Assembly (NCBI GenBank): GCA_037379345.1
Contig: CM074511.1
Coordinates: 49,172,862-49,236,861 of the forward strand
DNA: 64,000 nt
Direction of reading: 5' to 3'
DNA from: Perna viridis
Taxonomy: Eukaryota
A program made the translations under genes and the position numbers. Below the pieces are notes generated by a model. The model did not search any database and was not told where the DNA came from. It saw only the letters and a program-made list of their open reading frames with translations. How positions within the stretch are numbered: the stretch's first letter is position 1; each line of letters starts with the position of its first letter. Shown piece after piece: positions 42,546 to 55,250 of this stretch.

Positions 42546-45500
42546 TATGTTAGCAATGAAATCTATCCACAATAGGGTATACTTCTGGTAATAGAAATTT
42601 CCATCCTACTTCTCATTCTAGGCTATTATGAAAGAACTATGATTAAAAAAAATATATTTTCATACTGACATGAAATTGTAGGACTTAAAGCATTCAATCA
42701 GGATGACTGTAATGCTAAGAGTTTGTATCACATTGTCTATAGAAAGAACCACACCTGAATGTTGACATGCAACAGTAATTACAACACCTGCAATTTGCCT
42801 ACCAGAATCAAATTCTTTGAATTAATAATGCATGCATGGTTTTTGAAAAGTAAAAATAATTGAAATATCTGAATCACCTACAAATATAAGGACCAAAGTA
42901 CAAGATAGCATGCAATCAACAGAGCTACTGATGTAACCAAACCTGTGCCAACATCTAAGACCTAAAGCAAACTTCATATTTTTCATATTACATGTAAATT
43001 CATAATACTGTATGACTATGAACCATCACTTTGGTTTTTCAATAAAAAAAAAAAAGGTTTTACTACCTGCATATTAAAACCCAATGTCACCAATCATATA
43101 GATATACATATGAGTATGTCATCTTGACACTTTAGTCCTTAGGGAGAACTGCTACCGACTCTGTTCAAATGTCCACAGATGTCAGTGATTTTTGATACAT
43201 TTCATTTCTATGTTATGATGAAGTAATAGAAACCTAGGAGCCTAATGACACAAGTTCCGGACTGCCATTTTTCCTGTTTTATTTTGCAGCTTGTTTTCTA
43301 GTGTTCCATTGTAACATTTAGATAATTCATAATCATTATTATATCACTGGAACAATTATAACCAGAGATAGGTTGAGGCAGGATGTAACCAGCAAGTCTG
43401 CATCATCACTCATAGCATGAAACAGAATGGCTCATCACATACTGGTATATTAGTGGTATTAAATTTGACACCCATTTTAAATGAAACCTTGATCCTATAC
43501 CTATGACAGAAAAACAATCCTCCGATGCCTCAAATTCTGACATATAAAGTTGTAATAATCTTATTTTTTTATTTATTAGTCACTTTACTACGTAACCCAA
43601 TTTTCTACAGCTTATAAACATGATCATAAATCTTTTCCCGGTAGATTACCCTGTTTCATAATACTACTTACAAAACAGAGCAAGTCAGCTATAGGTTAAC
43701 CATGCTATACAAGTCCAGTGCTGATAGGAGCAAACCATGCTTTAAATTTTACTAGCATAAATTAACTGAGAAAACACTTGTTATGGTGCCATAATAGCAT
43801 AATGATATCTATATTATGTTGCACAATATGGTATAAAAGAAACTACAAACTAGGTTTCAGTAGCAATAATGAAGTTAAATTACCATTAGTGAAAACTTAA
43901 TGGAAAGAAACATAGGTAAAGTGGCAGTTAATCCTCTAAACCAACAATATTAACTGTAAATTCAGAAATTATTGTCAAACATGTCATAGGAATTCGCAAT
44001 TTTCAATTTTTACCATTAAATAAGAGAAAGTTTTCCCAAAGTCTTGAATTAAAAACAATTTTGGCTCTAAATTACCTAAATTGCAAGAAGAAATTATGCA
44101 TTTCAACAATCTTTCCAAATGTAAATGCTTGCACTAACCTTTTATAAATCTAATACATGTATTATTGTACTTTACATAATTGCTTGAAGGTCATATCAAG
44201 GAAATAGCTGTAGAACCAATCCCTTGTAGATACCATTATTGATATATAGAGTTCAGTTCTGCACTTTAGATTCAATAATTCAGCTATGTCCTTTCTAGCA
44301 ATTGAATAACAAACTGCCAGACTTCAAGATTAGTATGTACCATTCATTGTTAAATGTTTCCTCACAATTTAAGACATTTACATGGTGTCTAATCTAATTA
44401 ATTTTGGAGACAAATCTCAATAAGATTGTCAAGGCTGATTCATTTTCGGAGAGAATTCACAAACTCGTTCTCTCTAGTGAAAACATTTACATGTTACTAT
44501 TGATGTAGTCGAGTAGAAATTCAGTAAAATCAATTTTCTTTACAAAATTCATGACCATTCATGGCTATTTTCTTTCATTTCTAATCTAATTGTTCACCAA
44601 ATTTAGCACCAAGGAAATCAAATTGATGCTTGCAGAAAGAAATGTCAGACTTAAATGCAACAGGTTAAAACAATATCACCAGCATTCAAGACCAGGAAAT
44701 TATCTAAAAGTTTTAATACAAATAAAAAAAGGGCATTAATGGAATCTGAAGTCAGGGACATATAATATGTATAATATATATAAGTGATAACCTGCCACAT
44801 AATGGTGAAAAAAAGATGGAAGGCAAAATGTTCAAAGCTATACATTGGAGTTTGCTGAAACTTGACCAGTATTTTATGGTACTATATGTACAAGTACTAC
44901 TAAACAATTGTGCAAAGTTTAAAGAAAATCATTGATCTGTTCTCAATTTTTCATCTGGAAATCTTTCAGGGAAGGACAGAAAGATGGAGGGACACACAAC
45001 TTTTTGGAGAGTACATTCATTATATCAGTTTAGAAAACATATCGATTTGAAAGGTCAATAATAATTATAGAATGAACGTTTGTAGTGGAAGGTTGAAACT
45101 TTATATTACTGCCTCTTGATTTTAGTTTTATCAAAGCACAATTAAATACTAACTTTAATACCTTTGAAACTGCCCCTACAAATATGAACAGATCTACCGG
45201 TAATAGTGTTTTTTCTAATGTTAAATTTTAAAGTTAAAATTTTATCTGACTCTTTCTTTCAATATATTGCTCATGGTACTATAAACTATGAAAAGAAATA
45301 CATGTATTCCACAAAAACCTGTGATTAGATAGATGAACTTCAAGATAATAAAATAATATTAATGGGGCAGAGAATGATTCCTCCAAAGATGTTTCTCTGT
45401 GATGTTATATTGGTTGACACAGTCTGCCACTAATAATCTATCAACACACTGAAAGTACGAAGTCAGCACCAACAATATTATGGATTCCCAAACAGAAAAA

Positions 45501-46079
45501 AAATAAATGACATTTGGACTTGACATTTCTTGAATGTAAATATATTTTAAACATTGAAATTCTTCAAAAACATTAGCAATATTGCTGTTGTCTTAAAGAA
45601 ATGTCGACTAGTGTGTCTCTTCAGTTCCAATCCATTTCACAAAAAACAGTGATAAGGATTACCGGGGATCATGTGCTATTTATCACATTTCAGCTGAAAA
45701 TGTCCCAACCAAATCAAAAATATTTAGTAAGAATGTCAAGGAAAGGCCCAATGGATTTTTGAAGATCATTACAAATGGCCAATTCTCAAAATTTTAATCA
45801 AAATCACAGCTTGTGGGAATTCCGTAAAATTGAGACTGATATTACAGGAAAGAAGGCTGAAATATAGGGTTGGGCTCTTCATTAACATTTTTAGCATAAA
45901 TTTTACAAGAAAAAGCAAAGGCTCTAGGCTCAATTTTTCTTATCAATTTCAGAGTTTCTCAAAATTGTTAGCTTTTTTTTCTCTTGAAAAAAAATTGACA
46001 TTTCTGAATACATTAACACAACATTTAGATCAACCTGTATCAAATAAAAAAAAATATGTCTCCTATGGTCACTTTCATT

Positions 46080-46360
46080 AAAAAGTCACTGCAGGGTTAT
46101 ATGCATGAAACAGACATGAAAGTGTAATGTTGTGATGCTAATGCAACTAAACACTAAATACTAATGACCTAACATGAGTTGTTCATGTTAAACTGACCTT
46201 ATCAGAAATCTTTTTAAAAAAATTCACAAATTCAATACAGGACCATGACTGTAGGGGTATATACAGAATTCCACTGCATTTATGCTAATTCAACTGCATA
46301 TCAAATATGATTGACCTAGCATGAGCTGTTTATGTTGAATTAACCTAATCAGAAAACTTT
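46080..46360 (+). repeat. Degenerate copy of the ~167-bp HINE core repeat seen at 22.4-22.7 kb
   Basis: Shares actgcaggg..catgaa..gtgatg(c/g)taatgca..gacctagcat..gttcatgtt(g/a)aa with the 22.4-kb element; about 1.7 units. Confidence 0.7.
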
Positions 46361-46713
46361 ACATTTATATCTTACAAGAAATTCCAATAGAAGGTCTAAC
46401 TGTGGGGGTATGTGCAAAAACAGTACCTTATTCTCAACTTTCATAAATTTTGTTGCAAGAAAGACAGAAACAACAAACCATGCATATATACTGTCACAAA
46501 TTGATTCAGCGATTTGAAGTTGTTGATTTTTTTTAATTAACAGCGATAGCACTAGTAGTAGTACATGTACTATAAAAGACAAAACTAGAATTTTTTTGTT
46601 TTTTCCCCAATTAGAATATTCATGGGATATTCAGGATATCTCATCAACATTTCAATAATTTATTGAGTAGTAACATGATCTCATCATCACTTCTGCAATG
46701 GTATCACACCTAC

Positions 46714-46842
46714 CTTTAAAGTTTCATACAATCGTACAATATTTGGATGTCGTAACTGACCAAGAATTCTTGCTTCTCTATGTAAATTCTGTTGCACATA
46801 TTCTTCTTTAATTTTCCTAGTGTCTATGATTTTGATAGCCAC
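46714..46842 (-). CDS. Coding exon 2 of the HUNK-like Ser/Thr kinase (subdomains II-IV)
   Basis: Acceptor tgttttag|GTG and donor AAG|gtaggt; 129 nt, phase 0-0. Encodes VAIKIIDTRKIKEEYVQQNLHREARILGQLRHPNIVRLYETLK, containing the VAIK lysine, the alphaC Glu (REARI) and HPNIVRL. YVQQNLHRE resembles HUNK YVTKNLRRE as recalled from memory. Confidence 0.95.
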
Positions 46843-49800
46843 CTAAAACAAAGAAGATAAGGAATCTATAGAAAGCTATGCATACTAACAGTTCTTTCTC
46901 ATGAAATCTGAAATCAAAACTTCTTTTATATTATAAAATGGTAACATTTTTTTAAACAGGGCTGACATAGGAAGAACAACAGAGAAGCTGAAATTCAGCT
47001 AAATCAGATAACAGTAAGATACGGATTTGCAAAAGTGAAAATCAGTGAATTTGCAAAAAACACAACCGTTTTAAATCTAGGCTAAGTCACAGCAAAAAGA
47101 TGATTAAGTACTGTAAAACTATTGTCATTGACAGGGAGAAGTTTTTGTAATGGATTGCACAAACAAAAATGTCAATATTGTTATTTTTCAAACATAATTT
47201 GTTAAAACTTCTCCTTGTCATAGATGTCTAGATTTTGGCCTTGCAACAGAATTACTTCATTCATATCAGGGAGCTACTGTAGTCCTAAACCAGCCAAGGG
47301 CAGGTTCAAAAACAAACTCATCAAAATTTAAGCTAAATAGTATACCAAGGATTGTGTAGTACATAAAATTGAATGGATTTTTGGTGAATCGTGAATTGTG
47401 TCCACAGGTATAGAATATTCTAAATTTACTCAGAGACAACCACAAAGATTACAGTTAATATGCTGCTGAATCTGAATGGTAAAGTATCATTTAAATACCA
47501 TAAGTAAACAGAAATAAATCAGCTAATGTTTGCCTGAATTAGAATTTCAATCGATGCCTTATATAAAGAGTAAACATTTCTTGGGTACACAATTCATGAT
47601 TTAACGTCATGCACATCTGAGTAAACAGAGAAAACTGTTGATGTAATTTTTACAATATATGGAATCCTTTATAGTGAAACTCTTCCGGGAGAGTAGGACG
47701 TTACTAAACGTCCATCAACTTTATTAATAAATGTTTTTGATATTGATTTTGGGCAATAACAGTACAAGTTTCCATAGAAATCCAACAACTGAAATCAAAC
47801 TTTGCAGAATACTTTAAACAAAGGAGTCATAATTCATTATTTTTCTAATGAACCTAATTGTTCAATAAGATCAATGCCACATGCTACTTATGTACCTAGA
47901 ACTTAACTATAGTAAAGGGTTTAGATTGTAATCCTTAGAGTAGTCCACAGCCCAAGGCTGATATAAACACTGGTGGCATTGTGAAAAAATTCCACTCATA
48001 CGCCAGTAATATCTAAATAAAAATTCTCTTAATATGGTTTAGGCATGTGGGTCAAAGAACTTACTGTGAGGACTGGGGTTTGAAGAATTTTTTAAGTAAT
48101 AATTATAATCATCTCAAAAGTCTTTGAAGGAGAAACCAGTTGGTTCTGTATTACATGCATCTATAATGACCATTTGTAAATTTCTGTAATATTCCTAGTA
48201 GGAAGATGATGGTAAATGAAGACTAGATCCTTAGAAGAAACAACCGAACTATAACAGGGGTAAATAACAGGCAATTTCTAATTTTATAGTTCACTGGCAG
48301 TTGTAGTTAATAGAATTACACATACTTTTAATTCAACGAAGAGGAAACTGGCCAGTAACACATTCAATTAGTCTTTCCATACAATGGAGTTACTCCATCA
48401 ACCTGAGTTAGGTAACTAACAGTGTGACAGTGGGACTAGCACATGAAAGGAAACGAAGGCTAGGCAACACAAATAACAAGAGATTAAACAGACCACTTCA
48501 TTTGATCAATGATGATTTTCTTTAAGATAATTGGTGGAAAAGTAAAATAAACTTAAGTATACAAGTTAAGTTCGAATGATCAAATATGTATCCTAATTTT
48601 CAACTAAGTGAATTGTCAAAACATTTAGAACAATCAACAACTGCGTTTTATCCGAAACATATTAAGCACATTTGGTGAAATGGTTTTTCCTAATTTAGGA
48701 AATGCATTCTCAAAATAAATGACGAACCTTGTTGAAAAAAGCATCAATTATCCATTACTATGACAATAAAGCAGAATACAATTCAAGTATGACAGTAAAC
48801 ACTGACAGCTGTCCAAGGTCCTCCAGTGATGATACAGAGGACTAGTTACACAGCAATGCCAGGCTATATTGGTACTGATTAGCATGCAAGTGCACCTAAA
48901 ACCTCAGGGGTAGAAATGAGATAGAGTGGGCAAGTTTTTCCATAACTGAACTGGTCTGTGTGAAGTTTTCTTGCAGTAATGGTATGCTGAACAAAAAAAA
49001 AACATCCAAAATTAGAGTGGCCCAACAAGAAAGCACTAGTAGACTTTGACATTCACTGCTCATTCCTTAATCTGTCTATGTTGGACAAATGTTTATGCTG
49101 GTTTATGTTTTCTTAATAGGTCAGTTGCAGAATTGGCTTCTACAAATTCCAGATGAGAGTTTTACAAGAGGCTCAAGATAGAAAAAAAAATAAAGATTGC
49201 TACACATAGCCGTAAGCCCCACACCACTTATCAAAAATTTGAAGCACAAAAGTCCCATAACTCCCATATAATTTGTAGAGCACTATGATCAACTACATAC
49301 GGTGACTAAGACAATCCTACAAAATTCGAATTGTGCATACAAAGTGTTCCTATTGTGTAGTACATACAAATTGAACAAATTCCAATTACTTATGTAAAAT
49401 TTGTCGATTCAAAATGGTGGTGCAATTTAATTAACTACATAAGGCAACTAATAATCCTACAAAATCTGAACAAAATCTGTTGAATGCTTTCCAAGAAGCT
49501 GCACACACGAAGTCAAAAGTGACGTATGGCACAGGGACACACCCAGGGACACTAGTATTTCTATGTCCTTTTCAGCATTGCTGCAGGGGACTAAAAAATA
49601 ATAAGACTCATGGTATGAAAATTTTATAGCTTTTGGTGATAAAAATGATACTTCCACCAGGTTTACACATGATTAGATGATAATACATGCATCATGGCAA
49701 AAAAGGGAACAAGCCACTATGATCTATGTTTATCTAAAGCAAGTTTACTGCAACAATTTTGTTTTTGTTTAGCTCACCCAATACCTGTCTAACACAGCTG

Positions 49801-51128
49801 TACTCTATTTAATAATTGATACTAGTATCATCTGACTTGTAATTTCAAAAGAAGAGATTTTTGTAAAAGCCTAATTGATGATCAGATAGTCACAGAATAT
49901 ATCTAACAAGGCAAACAAACAAGATGTCGTTTTTACACAAAAAAGAACCTTTGTCAATTATGATATCATTTTTTTTTTTTTCTGTATACAAACATGAACT
50001 TCTGCTTTAGTCAACCTTTTTATCTTGATGCGATGCTAGTACAATGTATTGATAGTAGTAGTCTGTTGAATCCTACCTGCACTAGTGGCAAAAATGGCAA
50101 ATTGTGAAACAGAACATTACGGGTATAAAAACCAAGGTATCAAAGGGAGTCCAAAGCTACTTATTTTTTTCAAGGACTTTTTTTATTTTTGGTAGCTATT
50201 TGGCCCTACCTTAAATATGCATTCTCTGCTTTCCTAAAAAAAAAACAGCCTCAATAACATGTAGAAAATTCATTATATAAGGAAATAAACATATTGTACA
50301 CAATAGGGGTGCATCTTAGTAAAAATAGTCTCATAACTTAAAGAAAATATTCAGAGCTCCAAATGTGTTTTCTCTAATACTGGCAGCAGTTGAGCTGATA
50401 GTATCCTTTAAATGACCAATTAGTATAAATGCACCAAATGTCATACATACAGTATACAGAACATCTCAATTTCTTAAATTGAATTATCCTATATTGGCCG
50501 ATGCCCATGGCCATCTGGCACCCAATGCTATTATAACCTCCATCCCTGAAGAGTTATCCTACACCTTCTATATGATTTCCATGACAATCAATTGAATTAT
50601 CATGATCCTACACTGACCATTTATGAATTATATATTTTACTAATATGGCTATGATTTTTTCCCTATATGATCAATGAATTATGGATAATACAAGACAGTG
50701 CAATTATAAAACTTTAATATCAGAAGTTCCCCCAAGAAATTGAATCAGCCCCACCATACCAGACTGAGTTCCATTTTACATTGCCTGATCATCACTGTTA
50801 ATGATCATATTCTAGAAAATCAACAGATTTATTATTTTTGAACTTCCCTAAAATAGTACAGATGTGACTGTGTAATGATATACAAAGTTTTGTTGTCTCT
50901 GTTTTGATTTCTCAATTCCAATCCATATCCATTTTGTGACATCCATCAACATACTAAGTAAGTGGTGTATGTTTCCTAAGACCATTATGATTCAATTAAT
51001 GTTTTGAGAAATTGTATGCGTCTACATAAACACATCTTAAGAAAAACATATAAGTCATGTTTTTTATTTTTTTATTTCTTGTAGTTCTAAGTGGGGTTCA
51101 CTCAAATGTAGAAAATTAAAATACCATG

Positions 51129-51530
51129 CTCCATAAGCTGCGATGGTTGAGTGTGTGTTCACTTAGTGTGCTTGCGCTGACAGTGCCAGCGGTCTTTGGT
51201 TAGGTTACCAGCTGGTAATGTTAAGAATTTTGTTGAGTGTAGTTACCTTTGGTGTCTAAAAGAAAACTTCATTTGAGGAATGAGTTTATGGGTACGATGT
51301 TTGACACCATACCACATTTACACTGGAGATGGGCGAAGTGCATGTAGCAGTGGCTTCCTCTAGGAGACAGAACATTAAAATACAACCATCCAATGGCAGC
51401 TCTAGTAGACAACTCCTTAAACTCAGTTAGAAAAGCATGGGCTTACAGTGTCAGGGGTCAAGGTGTCAATACCCAGGTGGTACTATAGAAAAATTTGTCA
51501 GGGCGCAATGCTCTACTGTTAAACTAATCT
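51129..51530 (+). mobile_element. Two tandem degenerate tRNA(Val)-like SINE heads / tRNA pseudogenes
   Basis: 51129-51215 and 51413-51485 share ctcc(a/t)taa..gct(g/t)acagtg(c/t)cag.ggtc followed by aa(t/a)tttgt. Anticodon-loop-like CT-GAC-AG and CT-TAC-AG; A and B boxes decayed. Confidence 0.4.
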
Positions 51531-54500
51531 AAAAATGCTGGTGGGTTATGTCAATACTGTTATTTTTCAAACCTTCTCCTTGTCATCAATATCTAGATTA
51601 GGCCCTGCATAATATCATTTGCAAATCAGGCTTTTCTGAGGGAAACTGAAAAATCTTCAGAAATCCAGGAAAGCTGCATATTTGCATTTTACACAATAAA
51701 ATTCAGTAAGAATGGAGTACACATTATGCATACATATTGGGTGTGTAATCAAACCTTTGAAATTAGGACTTTCTTGTTGAGTATTTTTTTTTCTCTTCCA
51801 AAAATTATCATTTTTCTAAGCAAGGATATTAAAACATATACTGACTAGATGAGTATGATATTCTGATTGAATCTGTTCTCAGTAGTATCCTAACTGGACT
51901 GTCATGTTAATATGGTCCATATTAGCTAAAGGATCCAAAATTAACATTTTGCATACATCATCCACAATTATTTTATCAAATACAATCATGGGTGCCAAAG
52001 GACATCAAGATAACAAGTGCACCAGTGAAATCTCAAATCATTTTTTGCACAAGTAGTTATATTTTGGTTATGTACAATTACCAATTGATAATTCTATTTA
52101 TTATGTAGATTTTCTCAATAAAGTACTATTTTCACATAAAATATTATATTTTGTGACGGGTGGGTTGATATTCCAGATCATCAGTGACATCAAATAAAGT
52201 TAAATCACTACTACATGTATGACAATAGCAGTGTTCACAAATCTCATTAGTGATATCCTTTTCACTATTTTGCATATCATTAAGTGTGTCAAATTGGTTG
52301 GCAAATAAACAACTTTAAAATAAACAATTGACAATTTCATGATAAGAATTCAATTTTTTTAAGCTTTATAACTTTGTTATTTTATATACAATTTTGGTTC
52401 TGTACAATGTTTCATTTACATAAAATAATTCGTATTTGGTAGGTGAATTCATCACTCTTTAACCTGAAAAATAAATTTGTAATGATATTTATATGTAAAC
52501 CTCTATTTTCATATAAAATTAAAATTAAAATTTTATGCTTATATAGTCTTATTACTGAATATTTATTCAAAGATTCCATGGATAAAAAGAATTGTATTTG
52601 CAATTCAGGGAACCAAAAGAATTTTTGAATAATCTTGAAAATAAGAAAAAGTTATGACCAATTAAAGTTGATGTCCCATGCCACTCGATGGATTTTTTGC
52701 CGAACAAAACCAACAGGTAAGTGATGACATCTGGAAGAACTCTCCTGTTCAATATCATTTTGATACATGTACATGTATAATGTTCAGATATCTTTGTATT
52801 AAACAAATCAGATTGAAAATTTCTTGGACAAATTTTCTTTCTGCAATTTATCTTGAGTAAAAGGATGAAAAAAATATTATCTACAAATATTAAACCTCAA
52901 GGTCACAGTGGAGTCATGAAGCTACTAAACATATCTCAATGTATCAAGATATTAAAATAATACACCACGTTCAGTTAACAAATATATTCAATATCCAAAC
53001 GATATATGACCAAAAAAAAAAAACAATCAATTCTACTGAATTATTGAACTTAACCAAGTCTGCTATATTAAAGAAATGTTATGATAGTTTTAACATTTTA
53101 AAGTTCAAATTCATGGTGTGAGTTTGTGTTTCCATTGATTTCTTTCCAATTTCTAATTAAATGTGGTGTCACTCATCTGTGCTAATAAATGAATTGGAAA
53201 TAGTCTGGTTCTAACTCTTGAATCAAATCAATGGGATGCAGTGTGTATTTTATTTGTTCAATACTACATGTAAATTGATGTTTTACTGTAAATTATCTCT
53301 TTAATAAATAAAAATCATTTCACTCTGTGAGAACTTTAGATTGCCAGATTCATAGCAAAAAGGTATTTTATTAGAATACAATGTAACTGGTAGGGATGGT
53401 AGGTTGTTTAGCCTTTGCCTACAGCTTCCCCCAGCCACAGTTTAAAGCCTACACATAAAGCTTAACTGGCTTAGTCAATTTTGAATGCCTCAATTTAGCC
53501 TTTTCTATTTACCTTAAATTTGATAGCTTTTCATGGATTTTTGTCATCTGGGATATGTATAAATACATGTAAACTAGAATACATAAATACAATAGGAGGG
53601 GAGGTTATGAAAAAGTTTTAAAAAACTTTAATTTATATACATATGTACAAAATGTAGATATGAAATAACAGGTTTTTATCAGACTTTCTGAAAAATAATA
53701 CCAAATTATGATTTACCAATTATGAAAATTTTATTGTCAAAAAATTCAGTAAATATTAGGCAGTATTTTAAGAGAGTAAAATTACTTAGTACTTCACTGC
53801 ATAGCCAGTGTACAGTACTGCTTCTTGGTGAAAGGAAAATGAGCTTAAAAATAATAAAAACCACTATTGTTCATCAACACTATATATACTAGTATTCTTG
53901 GGTATGTTTCATTCCTTCCAGTTCTATCTCATTCTTACATTTTGATTCATCAATGCACAAATTAATATTTGGTATTCCAAAACATAGCAGGTTGATGTCA
54001 TGGTTAATTAATCTCTCAAGAGTTCAGTGTCAATTGTGCACTATATGAAAATTATAAATGTAGCTATCTTATTCCAAATTTGTAAAACACTGTTTTAATT
54101 TTTAACTAGGTAGTCAAATGATAAATGGAGAGGACTTATTATATTTTTTTATTCTACACTCACTGCCTACATGCAATTTATTGTATTTGTAATTGAGACA
54201 ACAAATTTATGCAATACACATTAAATATCCTTTTGTGTTGCAAAAACAATTAAGTTGCTGTTTTTTTGTATTTATTTGACATAAAAATTACTATAATAAA
54301 GATTTGCTGATACATGTATAGCTCACATAAACAAAACATTCATTAATCTCCATTAAGACATGAAAGGTAGATTTTAATTATTACACAGCACACAAATAAC
54401 TTTTTTTTTTTCAATTTGGGATCATGACTGGTTTTGACAATCCATTTGGGACAGAGGTTTCACCTGGTGGAAAATACAGGCATATGGCCATAATGTTGGA

Positions 54501-54553
54501 ATATACATTCATCCAAAAGTTTTACCGACTCTAAAATTAAAAGGACTCCTCAC

Positions 54554-54664
54554 CTTACAACCTGTTATACCATGCGAAGCCAACTCGACTTTGGCAAATG
54601 TGCCCTTTCCAAGTGTTTGGCCGTCCATGACATAGCGACCGATGCACTGAATTTTCTTCCCCAT
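54554..54664 (-). CDS. Coding exon 1 of an AMPK-related (CAMKL), HUNK-like Ser/Thr protein kinase
   Basis: Manual translation gives MGKKIQCIGRYVMDGQTLGKGTFAKVELASHGITGCK (37 codons) with the Gly-rich loop LGKGTFAKV. In-frame TAA TGA lies just upstream of the ATG. Donor AAG|gtgagg, phase 0. Too short to appear in the ORF track. Confidence 0.93.
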
Positions 54665-54719
54665 TTCTCATTAAAGAATATGTAAATTCCATTTCTTGAC
54701 ATATATTTCCATTTTAAAT

Positions 54720-55250
54720 AATAAAGTCAGGGATGAACTCCATAGAGCACCTGTGGTGGCATATCCGTTTCAGGCCTGCCTGTTGACTTTTTAAAGCTGT
54801 ATGTGACCTTTCGAATGCACCGGAACCTGCTATAAACGAGCACTATGCGGATAAAGGGAAGATTTCAAGTCCGAAATCAATTAACTCCAGTAGAAAATCC
54901 ATTGCGTAAAACACACACACATTTCTTCGGACTACACTGATCTAATTCCGATGGCCAAAACCACAGATGATCTGTTGATTCACGTGTTGTTCGCTTGTTT
55001 ATTCATACAATTGAATTGATATTGATTCTGGAATGTCCGGAAATCGATCAATGGCTTCAGAGCTCGATCCTTAAACTAAACTTCAAAATGATGAATCTAT
55101 ATTAGGAAATAAAACCTTAAGTAGTCAACACTCTGCAACACCCTTATGCTTCCTGCGTCAACCATTTTGCATCCCAAGAATAACGATGTCATGTGACTTG
55201 ATAATTCATGAAAATTTCATTCCAAAACATTGAATATGATAATTGCAAGG
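54720..55250 (-). promoter_or_regulatory. Probable promoter / 5' UTR region of the kinase gene
   Basis: CpG-retaining segment directly upstream of the start codon, with an E-box (cacgtg, 54981) and ETS-like ccggaa motifs. The transcription start cannot be located from sequence. Confidence 0.4.
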
